Below the pieces are notes generated by a model, which was given only the letters and a program-made list of their open reading frames with translations, did not search any database and was not told the origin of the DNA. A stretch of DNA of 63,974 nucleotides, filler included, from Octopus bimaculoides (taxonomy: Eukaryota): the NCBI RefSeq assembly GCF_001194135.2. It is 7 parts of 6 records of this genome, joined end to end, with 100 filler letters (N's around TTAATTAATTAA, not from the genome) between each part and the next. Parts side by side here need not be neighbours in the genome. Positions count along the whole stretch, not along the records: positions 23,022 to 39,203 come from NC_068991.1; positions 39,304 to 57,794 come from NC_068981.1; 5 more parts are not named here. One strand, given 5' to 3'. The translations under genes and the position numbers were made by a program. Below are positions 37,330 to 52,030 of this stretch, in pieces (the stretch's first letter is position 1; every line of letters starts with the position of its first letter).

Positions 37330-38060
37330 TGATTATTTGTGGAAGATAGAAAAGGAGTCACTAAGTCAAGATAATAGGTAGGGATCAACACCAGAAAATA
37401 ATTTAATTAGGGAGAAGGTGTGCAGGGTTTGAGAGAAGAGTGGGAGGGTGATAAACTGTGGCAAAGATGGTGGGGTCAGAGGTACATAAGGGTAGTTATA
37501 GTGATAGGGTCACAAAGCTGGAGGCGGCATCAATTGCAGATATGAGAGAGTGTTAAAGGTGCAGTAATGCAGTCCTTAAAATGTCACTCAGAGGAGAGGG
37601 AGAAATTACTGAAAGCACAAAAGAGGGCAGAAAATAGTGAGAGAAAGAACAATAATGAAGAATGAAGTTTAAACAGAAGTGGTTCCAGGGGTGGAGGAGT
37701 TAAATAGCAGCACAAAAGATGACGATGAAATATGTGCCAATTCTGCTCTCAAATGATCGCTGCAGCTGAGTTGTATCTGAGCCAGAAGAGTGAAAAAGGA
37801 ATGAGTGTGAGGGAATGCTTGACATGAGAAGATTGGGTGCAGGACTTCACTTTTGTCATAGCAGATGGGTCTTCTCAAGCACAGCAAATTACCAATCATC
37901 TTAGTCGTTTGTCATCTCCAGGATGCTGGAGTCTAATTTCTCTGTTAACTCTCCTGTAATTCCACTGTACCTCATATGTACCCATAGTTTGCACAGAGTA
38001 CACTGTATGGAATTCCTATCTGCACCTTTCCTAACAGAGCCATTTACCTGACAAGAAGAG
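37330..38060 (-). mobile_element. RTE LINE 3' region, decayed
   Basis: On the - strand: QCTLCKLWVH Cys-rich motif and TTGGTAATTTGCTGTGCTTGAGAAGAC ORF end; boundaries approximate. Confidence 0.5.
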
Positions 38061-38149
38061 AGTTGGTTCTTTCTGTTTTCTTGCTTACTAGAATTTTGGT
38101 CTTTGCTAAGTTAACTTTAAGGCCATTTGATTCCAGGCTAACAGAAAGA

Positions 38150-38860
38150 CTGACCATTCCTAGATGATAGCAGTATGATAGATAAAACAATCAAGGATAT
38201 GAAGACAAGAAAAGCCTCTAGTCCATCAAGAATCACTGCCAAGATACTTAAAATATCTGGTGGAGTAGGATACTGTCTAGTCAACTGTATAGTTAATCAG
38301 GTTGTACAGGCAGGTGTCATACCTAGTGAATTGTCTGGCTATGTTACAACAAAACACTACAAAGGTCAAAGAGATGCCTTAGGGAAGAGTAATTACAGAG
38401 GTATAAAAATTATGGAACAGGTCATGAAAGTTATGAAGAGAGTTATAGCTCAATTCATTAGGAACAGAATTAGACTAGATGAGATGCTGTTTGGTTTTGT
38501 ACTGGGGAGAAGTGCTGTTGATGCTCTCTTTCTAGTAAGGTAACTGCAATAGAAATATTTAGCTAAAAGTAAACCCTTGTTTTTTGCATACATCAACCTG
38601 AAGAAAGCTTTCAACATAGTCCCTCACTCTGTGATCTGGTGGTCTCTGAGAAAGTTTGAAGGAGACGTGGTTTGTGAGAACCATACGAGCCATGTACAGG
38701 GGTACTCTTGGTAAGGCGAGAGTCAGCCATGAGTACAACGACTTGAGAGAGTACATATAAGATTTCACCAGTGCTCAGTTCCTCGTCCCCTCCTCTCTGT
38801 CACAGTCTTCCAGGTGATAACAGAGGAGTTTAAAACCAGTTGTTCTTGTTCTTGGGAACT
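38150..38860 (+). mobile_element. RTE-clade LINE RT fragment
   Basis: NYRGIKIMEQVMKV..LFGFVLGRSAVDALFLVR..NLKKAFNIVP. Confidence 0.85.
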
Positions 38861-38889
38861 ACTATATGCCAGTTGATACATACATATAT

Positions 38890-39203
38890 ATCATCATCAT
38901 CATCATCGTTTAACGTCCGCTTTCCATGCTAGCATGGGTTGGACAATTTGACTGAGGACTGGTGAAACCGGATGGCAACACCAGGCTCCAATCTAATTTG
39001 GCAGAGTTTCTACAGCTGGATGCCCTTCCTAACGCCAACCACTCAGAGAGTGTAGTGGGTGCTTTTATGTGTTACCCGCACGAAAACGGCCACGCTCAAA
39101 ATGGTGTCTTTTATGTGCCACAGTCAGGCGGTACTGGCAACGGTCACGCTCAGGATGGTACATCTTATGTGCCACCCGCACAAGAGCCAGTCCAGGGGCC
39201 CTG
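38890..39203 (-). mobile_element. RTE-tail element (family D) with internal short tandem repeats
   Basis: Same 3' end as 9580 and 21662; repeated ACGGCCACGCTCA / TTATGTGCCAC units. Confidence 0.8.
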
Positions 39204-41075
39204 NNNNNNNNNNNNNNNNNNNNNNNNNNNNNNNNNNNNNNNNNNNNTTAATTAATTAANNNNNNNNNNNNNNNNNNNNNNNNNNNNNNNNNNNNNNNNN
39301 NNNTATATATATATATATGTATGTATGTATGTATTGTAAATAGTGGGGTGAATCGAAGCGCTAGGTCCTGTTGAATAATATTTACTTATGCTATTGTTAC
39401 AATCCGATATGTTGTCTGTCCGAAGGACTAACTGGAAATTCATAACATGTCTATCTAACATGTAAAAATCGGTAATACTTATTCGGAATTGAAACAAATT
39501 CAAATATAGAAAGGTAGGAAACGAGGGATAATGGTGGAACACTCCAATACGAACAGAGATTCAGTGCATACATAGCATACCTCATATACTTCTGTGGGAC
39601 GCAGAACAAAAGTCATGCATTGATGTACAGTTCAACTGTCCGATAGATGTGAATATACCAACGAATCTTCAGGAAAAAGAGAACGTTTAAGGTAAATTAA
39701 TGTAGAACTTGCAGTTCTTATTTGTACCTATCATCACAGTTGCATTGTATCATGTACCTACAAATTGACACAAACTCCGAAAAATACTTGGGTTTTCAAA
39801 GTAGGTTCAAAAGAATTGTCACCGATTCGTCAAATTTAATATATTAGAGGCACAGTGAAGATTTGTAAGAGATTCTATAGATGGATAAAAGGCACACACA
39901 CATTTGTGTGTTCGTCGATAGTTCAACTTACACGCAGATATGTANNNNNNNNNNGATAGATAGATAGATAGATTCACATACGCTCATGTGTGTGTGTGTG
40001 TTGTATGAAGAAATATTTGTGCGAAAGATTCCACACTATTTGTAATACAAATGAATTCCGAGAAATTATGAATCATGATTCCAGTGATTAGGAGAAAGAA
40101 AATATAGAAATAAAAGGTACAAGCACTTAACTCGTAGCTTAAGCACAGTATAGGATGCTATTTCTGCTTATAGATAATTAAGGATATATTCATGATATAA
40201 AAGACATTCTTATTTCATTAATGGAAGTTAAATTTAAAAAAAGATCGATTCCGATTTAGTCTCAAAACCACCAGTTTTGATGGAAACAGATTAATCGTTA
40301 CTATCAAGCTCAGTTCTTGACAGTCGTTTTATTTCATCCATCCAGAAAAGATGTAAGGCAAATTTGTCTTGTTTGATATTAATTCGCTATTTAAAGAACC
40401 AGTAAACGAATGAATTATATTTTTCCGACGCTCTAGCGAATGAACCAAGTCGGCGATTTAAGTAACACTAGAATTTGTCTCTTATGATACGTCATAACAT
40501 ACTGTTTAATTATATTACGTAGCTGGAAAGAAAATTTGATGCAGTTCTCTTTTTTTTTGTTTGAAAATGTGCGTTTAAAGCCAAACATTTACATGTGATT
40601 AATTTCGAATGTCGATAATTTATTTAAAGATTGCTAAAGCAAATTCAATATGGTTCTGAATTACATAAACGACAATGTTTGTGCAAAAGTGAATATTGAA
40701 ATATAGTTAAAAATTTTCATATATTTAATTATTGAAATGCATTTAAAAATTATGCAAATAATTTAATCATTCAAATATATTAAAAATTAACTTAAATTAT
40801 TTAAAATATTTATATTTATAGGAAACATTACTACACATTAAACATGTGATCCAATATGGGAGCGAGGTGCTGATTTTAATTATTGATATTTTTTTTTTTT
40901 TGTCCTCCATGTTTTTAATGAATATCAGTTATTTGCGAAAACGAAGTCACATCGTTGTTTACTATGCTACAATGAACTATTTTTGTGCCTTATAACTTCT
41001 TTGAAACAGAAAGAAACTGCTTTGAAAATGGATTATGGTGATTAAAGTATCTCTTCATACTTTTGCGCGCTTTAC

Positions 41076-41077
<2 letters not shown>

Positions 41078-41168
<91 letters not shown>
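41078..41168. repeat. Pure (GT)n microsatellite
   Basis: About 45 uninterrupted units. Confidence 0.95.
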
Positions 41169-41171
<3 letters not shown>

Positions 41172-42453
41172 CATATGTTTTGTGGGTAGGGAGGTGTTTA
41201 TGGGGTTTTCGTCAAAGTGTATGAATAGAAAGGACATATTCCTGCAAGAGTTTCAAGAATATATATACTATAGTAATTATGATTGATAATTTAATGTTTT
41301 TCCTTGTATTGTGTGATGTATTCAAATCATATATATTTTATTTTTCTCATGAACTGTTCCTGCTGTGATTATTGTTGCATAACTCCAGTACTCCTTCAAA
41401 AAAGCGCATTTTGAATACATTTTACGTGATGTTATTCTTTTGTTAATAACAATTTAGTGTTACTTGTTAATTTTGAAATGTACTCAAGCATTTCGATATA
41501 CTTTCACTACCTATGAAATTTTATCTAGTTGTAGATTGCCAGACTAGAATTATGATAAATATGAACCCAGATCTTATTAAAAAACTATAGTTTTCTTCAC
41601 AGTATCTGAAAGTACCTAAGGAATTACGTAGCAATAACAATCCATCATAACTACATATTTCCCTACAAATAATGTGAGTGTTCCTTGCAATATATATCAA
41701 GTATATATTTCCGATGGTTTAGTCATCCCATCAACGTTTCTATATCGAACAGCACAGTGTTTTGCTTCACGACTCATAAAATAAACATTTGATTTCCTAC
41801 TAGGTAGTATAATCACGATATCATTTTTTTTTATAAATGCTAAATGCAATAGATACTGCATATCTGAGAAACATTAAAAGTATGGCTTCTATATCGTAGA
41901 TTAGTTACCGTTTTGCATCAACTTCCATTTAGAAAATCTAATTGAAGTTGTATTTATCTTTAATATATATATAAACCGTTGTATATGAGAACTATTGTTA
42001 TTGCAAATACGTAATTATGATTAGAGATTGATTTTCAGGATGATAAGATCAAGTATGGAACTACTGATGAAACCAAAAGAAATTTTAAAAGGATTTGATC
42101 AGTAACATTAAGAGAATAGCCGTCAAATGTAAAACATAGAACAAGAATTAATAGTATCTGTTCTATGTTCAGTGTTCTACAATGCGCAGAAAACGCTGAC
42201 AGCTTCTGACAATAATGCTTAGAAGAAAATGTGTAGCATCTATATAGGGCTATATACTGTTATTATTTTATGCGTTTCAGCCAAAATGCAGTGGTCATTC
42301 TGATGCACTGTCGATATCATTCATTTCCTTTTTAAATGCTTTTGGTGAGGAGTATATTTGATAATACTTCCTTGTGTTGTGTTTCATACATATATATCTA
42401 TATATCTTAATGCATACATACAATATACATAAATACATTCATTCATACATACA

Positions 42454-42487
<34 letters not shown>

Positions 42488-42559
42488 CACACACATACAT
42501 ACATACATATGTATAGATCATAGGGAAATATTAGTACACACCAAAATAACAACGACAGA

Positions 42560-44040
42560 AGAGCCACAGAAATCATTTTTTTAGGCCAGGGCAACAGAAT
42601 CTACGACACCAGATGATACATACCAACCATGAAAGACCAAAATTAGTGAATTTCTGAAATCTAAGCCAGTAAACCCAACAAATCAAAACCCTCTCAAAAA
42701 AACAGAAATTCATTCCAACTCCACAATACTCTAACATAAGTGAAATAAAGGTTGATGTCTCACACTTTTGCAGAAAATTACGCCTCACATAGGAATTCTT
42801 TGACAAGGAATATAATAACGGTGAATTAATAGTTCGCAATAAGAGCAATTACAATCCTACTAAAAACAGAATCAAAATTCTGGACAAATTTTGTGACTAG
42901 ATTTCACACCTCCCTTATAGTAAACTACCAAAACCTAAACCCAAAAGCGATACCAGTAAAAGTGATTGGGAAATCATCTACGAGTTACAAAACACTCATG
43001 ACATCAAAATCAAGGAAGCAGATAACGGTAGTACTACCATAATTATGGACACTGTACAATACAAAATCTCTGTATCTCACCTCTTAAAAGATACTACCTA
43101 CTATGAAAGAGTAGTTAACTACCAGCAATCAGAAACAATTTTCAAATTAAACACACTCGTTGGCCAACATCGAAATAGCTTAACGGCAAAGGAATGCGAC
43201 TACCTCAAAAATGTTGATTGCAAAACCAGCAACATCTATGAGCTTCCGAAAATTAACAGGAGCAAAATAATTACCGAAGCTTCCAAAAGGTCCATCGCAA
43301 TCTGCATTCCTGTTCCACATCCCACTGATCTCAAACGGAGACCAATTTTGGCAGTCACAAACTGTGAAACACACAAATTAAGAAACTTCATTGATATACT
43401 CCGAAAAACAATACTTAGACTTATACCAAGTATTGTAAGAGATGACCTGGACCTCTTAAACCAACTCCTCAAACATAACAATGAAGACATTTTCACCGTC
43501 TATATTGATGTGATAAACCGTTATACCACGATCCCACACCAATATGGATTGGAAGGCATTAAATTCTGGCTAGAAAATAGCCCAATGAGGTCCCGGAAAG
43601 AATAACAAAAAAATTATCATCGAGGGCCTTAAGCTTATCCTCCAAAACAACTTCTTAACTTTTAATAATAATACCTACAGAAAGGTATCAGGGACTTAAA
43701 TGGGTACTAAAGTTGCTTTAACTTAAGCCAATCTGGTGACGGCCTACATATCATTAGAAATCTATGAACAATCCAAAACAAGATACGGCCTATCTTTCCA
43801 CAAATATCTGTGGAGAATTGGGAACGCTACTTGGATGATTGCCTCATCCTATGGTCTCACACTCGCCCAACACAATGACTTCAAAAATTTAATTAACAAT
43901 GTCAAAAACAATATCCAATTTACAATGGAGTATAGACAAGACCAACTTCCATTCCTAGACATTCTTATTACAAAAAAAGCTACCAACATTGAAACTGATA
44001 TCCACTAGAAACCAACCGATTCCAAACAATACCTCATCTT
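42560..44040 (+). mobile_element. Penelope-like retroelement RT pseudogene, 3'-truncated before the GIY-YIG domain
   Basis: KFIPTP, IYELPKI, RRPIL, DVINRYTTIPH, RYLDDCLILW, IQFTMEY..LPFLDILI across stops and frameshifts. Confidence 0.9.
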
Positions 44041-44048
44041 ACTCTTCA

Positions 44049-44090
<42 letters not shown>

Positions 44091-44103
44091 TACATACATA
44101 TAT

Positions 44104-44178
<75 letters not shown>

Positions 44179-44179
44179 T

Positions 44180-45790
44180 ATCAGATCCTGCAAAGTCAAA
44201 ATTGCTCTGATTTCAGTGAATCCTGCTTTAGTTGTCTCAAGCAGCTTTGCTTCTTTGAAACCTCAACATGTCCTTTCCGGTATAAACTGCGACGCCACTG
44301 ATATCCTAGCAGCCCAAAAGAAATCAAACCTGATTCAGCAGTGTGTCCTGGCCGGTTCCCTGTTAGATTGCTGAACGAATGCAGACAGCAACTTTGAGCT
44401 TGTCTTCCATATCTATGGAGGAAATCACTGGATGCCGGTTTTATCTCTCAAAACCTCTCACTTAGTCGTTAAATACCGTCCAATCTCATTCAGCTCACAT
44501 GTCAGCAAATAATTTGAGAAAGTGTTGAGATCAAGAATGATAGCCTTCCTAGAACAAAATCATATCCTAAATTGCTACCAGCATGTCTTTCGTGGTGGTA
44601 GAACTGTCTAACACAGTTCTTCCACCAACTTGATGACATTTTGAATGCACTGAGGGCTCCAACGCGGAGTCATATACCTTGATTTCATCCAGGCCTTTGA
44701 CAGAGTCGACCACGATATACTGTTATGGAAAATATCGAAAGCTGGAGCCGGTGGAAAGCTACTTCAAAGGATTAGGTATTTCCTAATAAAGAGGACTCAG
44801 CATGTTATATTTGATGACATCCACTCAAGACCAGCAAAAGTCATCAGCGGATTCCCGCAGGGTACTGTGCTAAGTCCACTTCTTTTTATTGTTTATATCA
44901 ATGACATAGCAGATTCCATTGAACATAGCACTATTGAAATATTTGCAGATTACTCTTAGCTTCAGAAAGTCATTAAGGGAGCATATGATTGATCGATGCT
45001 TCAATCGGACCTATGCGCCTTAACACAGTGGGCACAAAATAACAATATGCAGTTGGACGAAGATCTCGGCCACTTTGGAAAAGAGGGCACACTCAAACAA
45101 TCATATATGCTACCGTCGGGAGATTTACTTGAACCGTCGGATAATATCATAGTCTTAGGTGTAACTGTCGACAGCAACGTTGGCTGGAGTTTTCACATCA
45201 ACAAAAAAGTCAATGTTACCCGTAAAATATGCTCATGGATCCTCAGAACTTTTCAATATACGGATCATGGAACCATCATCTTTCTCTTCTACCTATTCGC
45301 TACGCCTCATTCGAATACAGCCGCCCATTGTGGTCCTCCTAGAAAAAAAAAATCAGACATAATGAGGACCAAAGTGCCACAAAGATCAATCACTGATAAT
45401 ATAAATGGTATGATTTTTGAGTATTGGGCGCAACTTAAACAGCTGAAACGCTATTCTCGACAACGCCGCCGTGTGTGATACATTATGTGCACAATGTGGA
45501 ATATATTCCACCACTATTATCCAAATGATATCGGTACTATTTTTACAATCCACCCAAGACAAGGCCCCCGTGCAATGGTCCATCTCTTTTAATTGTTATC
45601 CTGACAGAAATTAAAGAAGTAAACGACCCCAAAACATTCAAACGGCAACTGGACAAATTCATCCAGGAAAACCGGACAAGCCACCTACCCATGGATACAC
45701 CTTAACCAACAACAACTCACTGCTTCAATAGTCCATGATGTCCCGAAATAATTAACTAAAATACCTTTCCAAGTGGTGCTATTGAGTAAG
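44180..45790 (+). mobile_element. CR1-clade LINE, RT to 3' end, decayed
   Basis: YRPISF, DFIQAFDRVDH, PQGTVLSPLLFIVYIND, IFADYS. Confidence 0.9.
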
Positions 45791-45805
45791 TCATAGCCTC
45801 TAATT

Positions 45806-45857
<52 letters not shown>

Positions 45858-47204
45858 CACTTGCAACCACTATTGACCAATGAATTTTGTAATTTCTATT
45901 TCAAGTAAAGTTGTGCATAATTTTCTAGAGGTCATATCTTACATACGAAACTACCTTTCTGGGTAGCGTACCACTGACACCTGCTCTCAGTATGTTTGCA
46001 TATGTTGTTCTTTATTTTTCAATTTTTGGATCAAAATGTTACTTACACTTTTCTTAACGTCTTATTGGCTTGCCACAGGATAACATGATGATGTTTCAAA
46101 GCGAGTTAATTAAATTTCTTCACATATTGTTTGCATTTACCAAGTGGAAAGCTCCGTTTACCGAAACACTATCGCTGTACACGTATGGGGCACTTTACTG
46201 AACGTTGCCGCTAAAGGTTCTTTTGCGAAACAGAGAGTTGACAAGATCTGTTTCTGCTGTAGCCTGAAGAGAGAACTGCAACTGAAGTGTGAATAATGTT
46301 GAACCATCAGAAGATTTCGGGAACCTTTGTCCTACAGCCAAATGCTTTTGAACACCTTTCTCTCATATCTAAAGAAAAAAGTGTATTTCTTCCCTGTGAA
46401 AATTCAATTGATTCACTGTAAGTTTAAGATATTTCAACACAGATCTCCATATACTCTCTGCTTACACAAAAATGCCTTTCATTGACACATTTAGTCATAT
46501 CTGCTACACTTTCAGTGTTTGATATTTGTATATATATAATGTATGACATAAAATTATCATGTTTGTTTAAGTGACAAGATTTAATTTCACGCCTAACAAA
46601 GTCACTTTGTTAAACCCAAAGCCTTCTCCTTCTGTTACAATTAAAACCATAAAAAAACACGTATGCCACGACACTGCTGATTACTCCAATATGTGCATTA
46701 TTTTATCGAGAAAGAATATATAATGCAGATTTCGTTTTTGGCAGTGAATTGGGGGACGCTATGGATTTATATTATTATAGTATTGTATACAGATTCTATA
46801 ATATTGTATTAAATATTAAATAATATATAATATATATAAATTAGTAAAATATTAAATATTTATTTATACATAAAAAGGAGTGGGGCGCTAAGTGTATTGT
46901 GTGGTCATGAGGATGAGCGGAGGCTCAAAAAGTTTGAGAACCACTGGTATTGACCATTGTATAAGGAGTGAAAGGAGAACGCTTGCCGAGTATTTGATAA
47001 ATAGTGACGAAGATCTGCTTCAATATGCCGGAACACATATTATTGATATTTTTATATGGTACAGGTATAAAGATGTTGATAATAATAACCACTGTGGTTA
47101 TGGAGGTAACACAATGCAAGCACGTTATTTATATATGCTTGTATGTACATACATGTGCACGTACATATACAAATAAAGAGAGGAAGAGTGAGATGGAATC
47201 TCAA

Positions 47205-49543
47205 TAACAACTCTCAAGGGAGCCCCACGAACGACTCATGAAATAATGATGCAACACAACAAGGAAAGAATTAACGGTGCGAATGAAGTTATGGCCGATC
47301 ATAAACAAGAAATATTCTCCGAGCTATTGCACTACGTGCTGTGGAGAAATTAGAAATTAAGAGAACCAAAAATGGTGGACCGAAATAACCATGTTGGAAA
47401 CGATGCATTGAAAGGGACATAATGTGGACAAGGCAAGATTTAGGGAAAATTCAGCAATACTTAAGAGGAAACTGGAAAAATGGGAAAAAATACCGACCGA
47501 GAAAAATAAGTGGAGAAATATAAAATACGGAAGAACGGGTTTGATGCAGTAATAGAGCAGTTACAACAGAGGATCTTTGCCGAACGCCAGAAGATCAGAT
47601 TTGTTGTGAATAGAAATAAGCAGTTCAAGAAGAATAGAATGTTCAAAAATAACCTGAAGCGATTCTTCCGAACGTTAGAAAGAGACCATGGAGAAAAATT
47701 GCTCCTGATGCAAATCAAGCCAAGGGATTTTAGAGCGGATTACGGGGACAGAATGTGGTGCGTAAAGGGATGCAATGTGGATAGGAACTATCAAGATAAA
47801 ATCACTAGGATGAAAGAATAAAGGAATATTGTGTTAAGCACGGGTGATATGAAAGAGGATGTGGGTAAAGTGGCTAACTACAAAGACCCCAGACAAGATA
47901 GGATTCATGGCTTCTGGCTGAAGAGATACCACGTGGTGCATGAAAGACTAACAGCCCAACTGAATGAGTGTGTACAGAAAGGTACATCTCCACGTGGATG
48001 GCGACTGCTTATATTGAAATATAGAAGAAAGGGGAATATTGTGGGAAACTTCCATCCCATAGCATGCCTAAACACAACCTGGAAGATACTCAGTAGAATA
48101 TGGGCGGTAAAGTAATTCCCTTTCTTGGCACAGGAAAAAATGCTACCAAGGGAAGAAAAATGATGTGGAAAGAGTTCTTAGGTTACCAAGGATCACCGGG
48201 TCATCGACAAATAAATTTTGAGGTATTGTAAAAAACATCATACAATATATATTTCTTGGATTGATTTTAAGAAGGCATATGATATGATGCCACATTCTCG
48301 TAAAGTTGAATGCCTGCAGATGCTTGGTGCTTCTAACAACATAATAAATCTTGTGATGCTTTAACATGACAGAGTAGTAAACCAAATTGTAAAAAAAGTA
48401 ACGCATTATTTGGAGAAGTTAATATTAAAAGGGAAATCTTCCAAGATGGCTCGTTTTCTCCGTTGCTATTTTAATTGTACTGATACCCATCAAACTGACA
48501 CTTAGGAAAGTTAAGATGGGTTCCCAATGTGGGAGGAAATGCCTACCATTGAACTATTTTCTGTTTTTTGAATGACATGCAATTCTTTGGGAAATCTGAA
48601 AAGCAAATAAACTCCTTAACCAAAACAGTCCAGAAGTGAGGTAGTGACATCGGTGTAGAAATTGGGATTGCCAAATGCTCACTACTTAATATGAAAAGAG
48701 GGGAGAAGCAGCCTAAAGAAGATTGTGGTTACTTTTAGGAGAAACCATAGGTGAACACGACGGTAGCAGGTAAAGACATTTAGGGATTTTAGAGCTTGAT
48801 GAGATTCTACACAGAGAAAAGGAAGTCAAGGTTAGCGAGGCATATGCATAAAGGGTGAAGATAATGTTGAAATCCAACTTGAATGCCAAAACGTTGATTA
48901 CCGCAATGAATATATGGGCAGTTGCGGTGATCAGATATAGTGTGTTCAACCTCAAAAGGACTAAGGAGGAAGCACCATTACTGGATTCAAGAACGAGAAA
49001 CATGATGACGCTGCATTGGGTGCTACACCCTAAAGCAAACGTAAAGATACTGTATATGAAAAGAAAGAATGGTGGCAGAGGACTAATCAGTATAAACTAT
49101 TGTATAAGGAGTTAAAAGAGAACGCTTGTCGAGTGGTGGATAAATAGTGATGAAGACCTGCTGCAATATGCGGTGAAAAATATGGGTGTAAATGCAGATA
49201 AAATGATGGGCAAAGAAGATTTTAACCAAAGAACTGAGGAGAAGTGAAAAGAAGACCTTCTTGAAATGTGAATACATGGAGAGTTTGGAAGGAATACACA
49301 GGACGTTAAGGATAATATAGCATCGTGGGCATGGCTTGAGCAAGGTGAATTGAAGCATACCACCGAAAGCCTGATCATTGCTGCACAAAGCCAGGATCTC
49401 GCTACCACTTCAGTGAAGTATAACATCTATAAAACTTGCGACACCCAGAAATGCAGATTCTGTGGAAAGAGTGTGGAAAATGTGACCCACTTGTTAAGTG
49501 AATATGGGCCTTGCACAAAAATATTACAGACACCTCAGTGATA

Positions 49544-49583
<40 letters not shown>

Positions 49584-50145
49584 GTGTGTGCGTGTGTGTG
49601 TATGTGTGTGTGTTATGTGTGCGTGTGTGTGTCTTCATTGGCTCGTAAGCTGTAAGTACCAAAATGAAGCAGTAAAGGATAGGAATGAGCATGTAAGCAT
49701 GTAAGTTTATGCAGAAGGATGGAAAAGTAACGATATTCTGCGACTATGATTTTCAGACAGATCGTGTAATCGAACACCGTCGGCTGAATACTGTCATACT
49801 GAATAAGAGAGAAAACACTGTCAAATAATTGATGTAGCCGTACCAAATGACATGATTATTGTGAGTAAAGAGTAGTCCGAATTGAAAGTGTAAATGACAA
49901 GACTATGGAAGGTGAGGGCGTAATCACTTTTGTGATTCCAGTGGTGAGTGGAGCGTTGGGCACAGTCTCATTGAAACTTCGTAAGACAACTGGAAATCCC
50001 GTACAAGATATATGCCTTGCAAAATGCAGCCTTATTGGGCACAGTACACATTTTAAGGAACGTTTTATGTCTGAGATCCTTGTTTTGACTTGACAGGTGA
50101 CTAAAGACCCCGGTGCACTTTTACAATGTGTTATGAAGGAATAAT
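47205..50145 (+). mobile_element. R4/Dong-like non-LTR retrotransposon, about 2.9 kb, decayed
   Basis: DRIHGFWLK, NFHPIACLNTTWKIL, DFKKAYDMMPH, GGRGLISI, CRFCGKSVENVTHLLS; ends next to (TAA)n. Confidence 0.9.
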
Positions 50146-50340
50146 AATAATAATAACAATAATACTGATAATGATGATGATGATCATGATAATGATAATG
50201 ATGGTGAGGATGACGATGATGATGATGATGATGACGATGATGATGATGATGATGATGATGATGACGACGACGACGACGACGATGATGATGATGATGATGA
50301 TGATGATGGTGTTGATGATGTTGATGAGAAGGAAGAGGAT
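50145..50340. repeat. (TAA)n then (GAT/GAC)n
   Basis: Visible arrays; another (GAT)n at 50615-50690. Confidence 0.9.
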
Positions 50341-50612
50341 GTTGGAGATAATGCCAATTATTCCGGGGCCTTTGGGGACAGCGTCAAATAGTATTAAGAT
50401 GAATACAAAGGAAATGGGATAATGGTGCCCAGTAGAGCTCTTGGAATATGTTTCCTCTTTGGCAAGGTTGGAATCATCAGTACGTTGTTATATGTTTGAA
50501 GAGATGAACTGGCAGAGTATAGTAGGCTGCCTGTAAGAAATCCGTTACCTATGAAAGATTCCAGATGATCCGATATAACCTGAATTATAGCAAATACAAC
50601 AGCAACAAAACT

Positions 50613-50668
<56 letters not shown>

Positions 50669-51599
50669 GGGATGATGATGGTGATGATAATCATTTGTTG
50701 TCATGGTTTTTGATATTAACTGATTAGAATTGTTAACACGTGTATGTGTACTCTTAGAGCAAATATTCTAGTTAATGCCTATTGATTTGGTTCTCATTTG
50801 ATTGACCGTAATCCGTTGAATTTATCACTTAGTGGTTGATCACGAGCAGGAGTTTTGGGGAGCATGATAGTCATACATTGAGAGGGAATCTTCGGAGCAT
50901 GAATTACCCCTGGAAACAATACTTTCATTCATCATCCACAAACAACCCTTATTTAGGAACTTTTTGAGCAGGATGAGCTACTTGACCTACAGAAAATTGT
51001 AACTGGGTCCCACTTGCAAGGCCATGCACTGTTAATTTTGATTTAAGGTCACCATGTCGTGTGCATGTCGTTGCGATGCAGTTACTTGGTATACAATTAT
51101 CAGACAGATAATAAGTCAAGATGTGTTCATTGAGCTTCGTGTATTTGTACTCCAGCTTTACTTTAGTTGCATGCGCTGTTCACTCACTCAATAATAATAA
51201 TGGTGGTGGTGGTAGTGGTTGTGATGACGACGTCGACATCTCAGCTGCCATCATTACTCCTGCCAGAAACTCCCAATATTTCCTGCCCGTGTTTTTATAG
51301 TTCATTTTCCTCTTCTAGTCCCCAGTTTGCCGATTTGTGGAAGACGTCGCGTTGCTCAATTTAATGGTCCGTCGGTACCTTTTGCGTATTCTACCTTAGT
51401 GCATACATTCTGATAAAGCTTCTAGTTTAGGGAGTTTTTTTTTTCTATCTATCCTGGTAGCATGACTGTCTTCGCTTCGCTATAGATCTCGTTCTCCGAG
51501 CCAATTTATATTCCACTTCTCAAACACCCAAAACCTTCTCCCCAACTTATATTACACATGTCATAGCTTACCTAGTAGCTAATCACACTCCCGGTGTCA

Positions 51600-52030
51600 C
51601 AAAATTTCTCAGCCTGTATCTACAACTTGTCTCTTTTGTCCAAGACAATCCATAATCAAATTTTTATGCAGAAGCTGGTGCTTGTGCATATCAACTCTCG
51701 ACTTTTATTGTTTCTTACCGCTTTCACATTGATTAATGATTGCCATCTACTCAAACTCACAGTTACTCTTCATACCTCTTTCCAATAAATATACGCTTTT
51801 CCGTTGTCGTTCTCCAAACCTAGCAAGGTGAGAGAAATCATTTGATCATATCTCCTCTTGCATTGATGATAATATATCTATCACCTCTCACGTTTCTGAA
51901 TTCCTCATCTTCAGAGACTTCAAAGCCCGCAAATTCTCATGGATTTTGTGCACTTCGTACTATGATGCTACTGGTTGAGAGGCCGAATATTTGCTATTTT
52001 CACATGTTTACTCCACCTTGTTTCCTCTTC
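51600..52030 (+). mobile_element. LINE apurinic-endonuclease domain fragment (CR1/L2-like)
   Basis: CRSPN, FDHISSCID and FRDFKAR (a GDFNA-like motif) across frameshifts. Confidence 0.55.
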
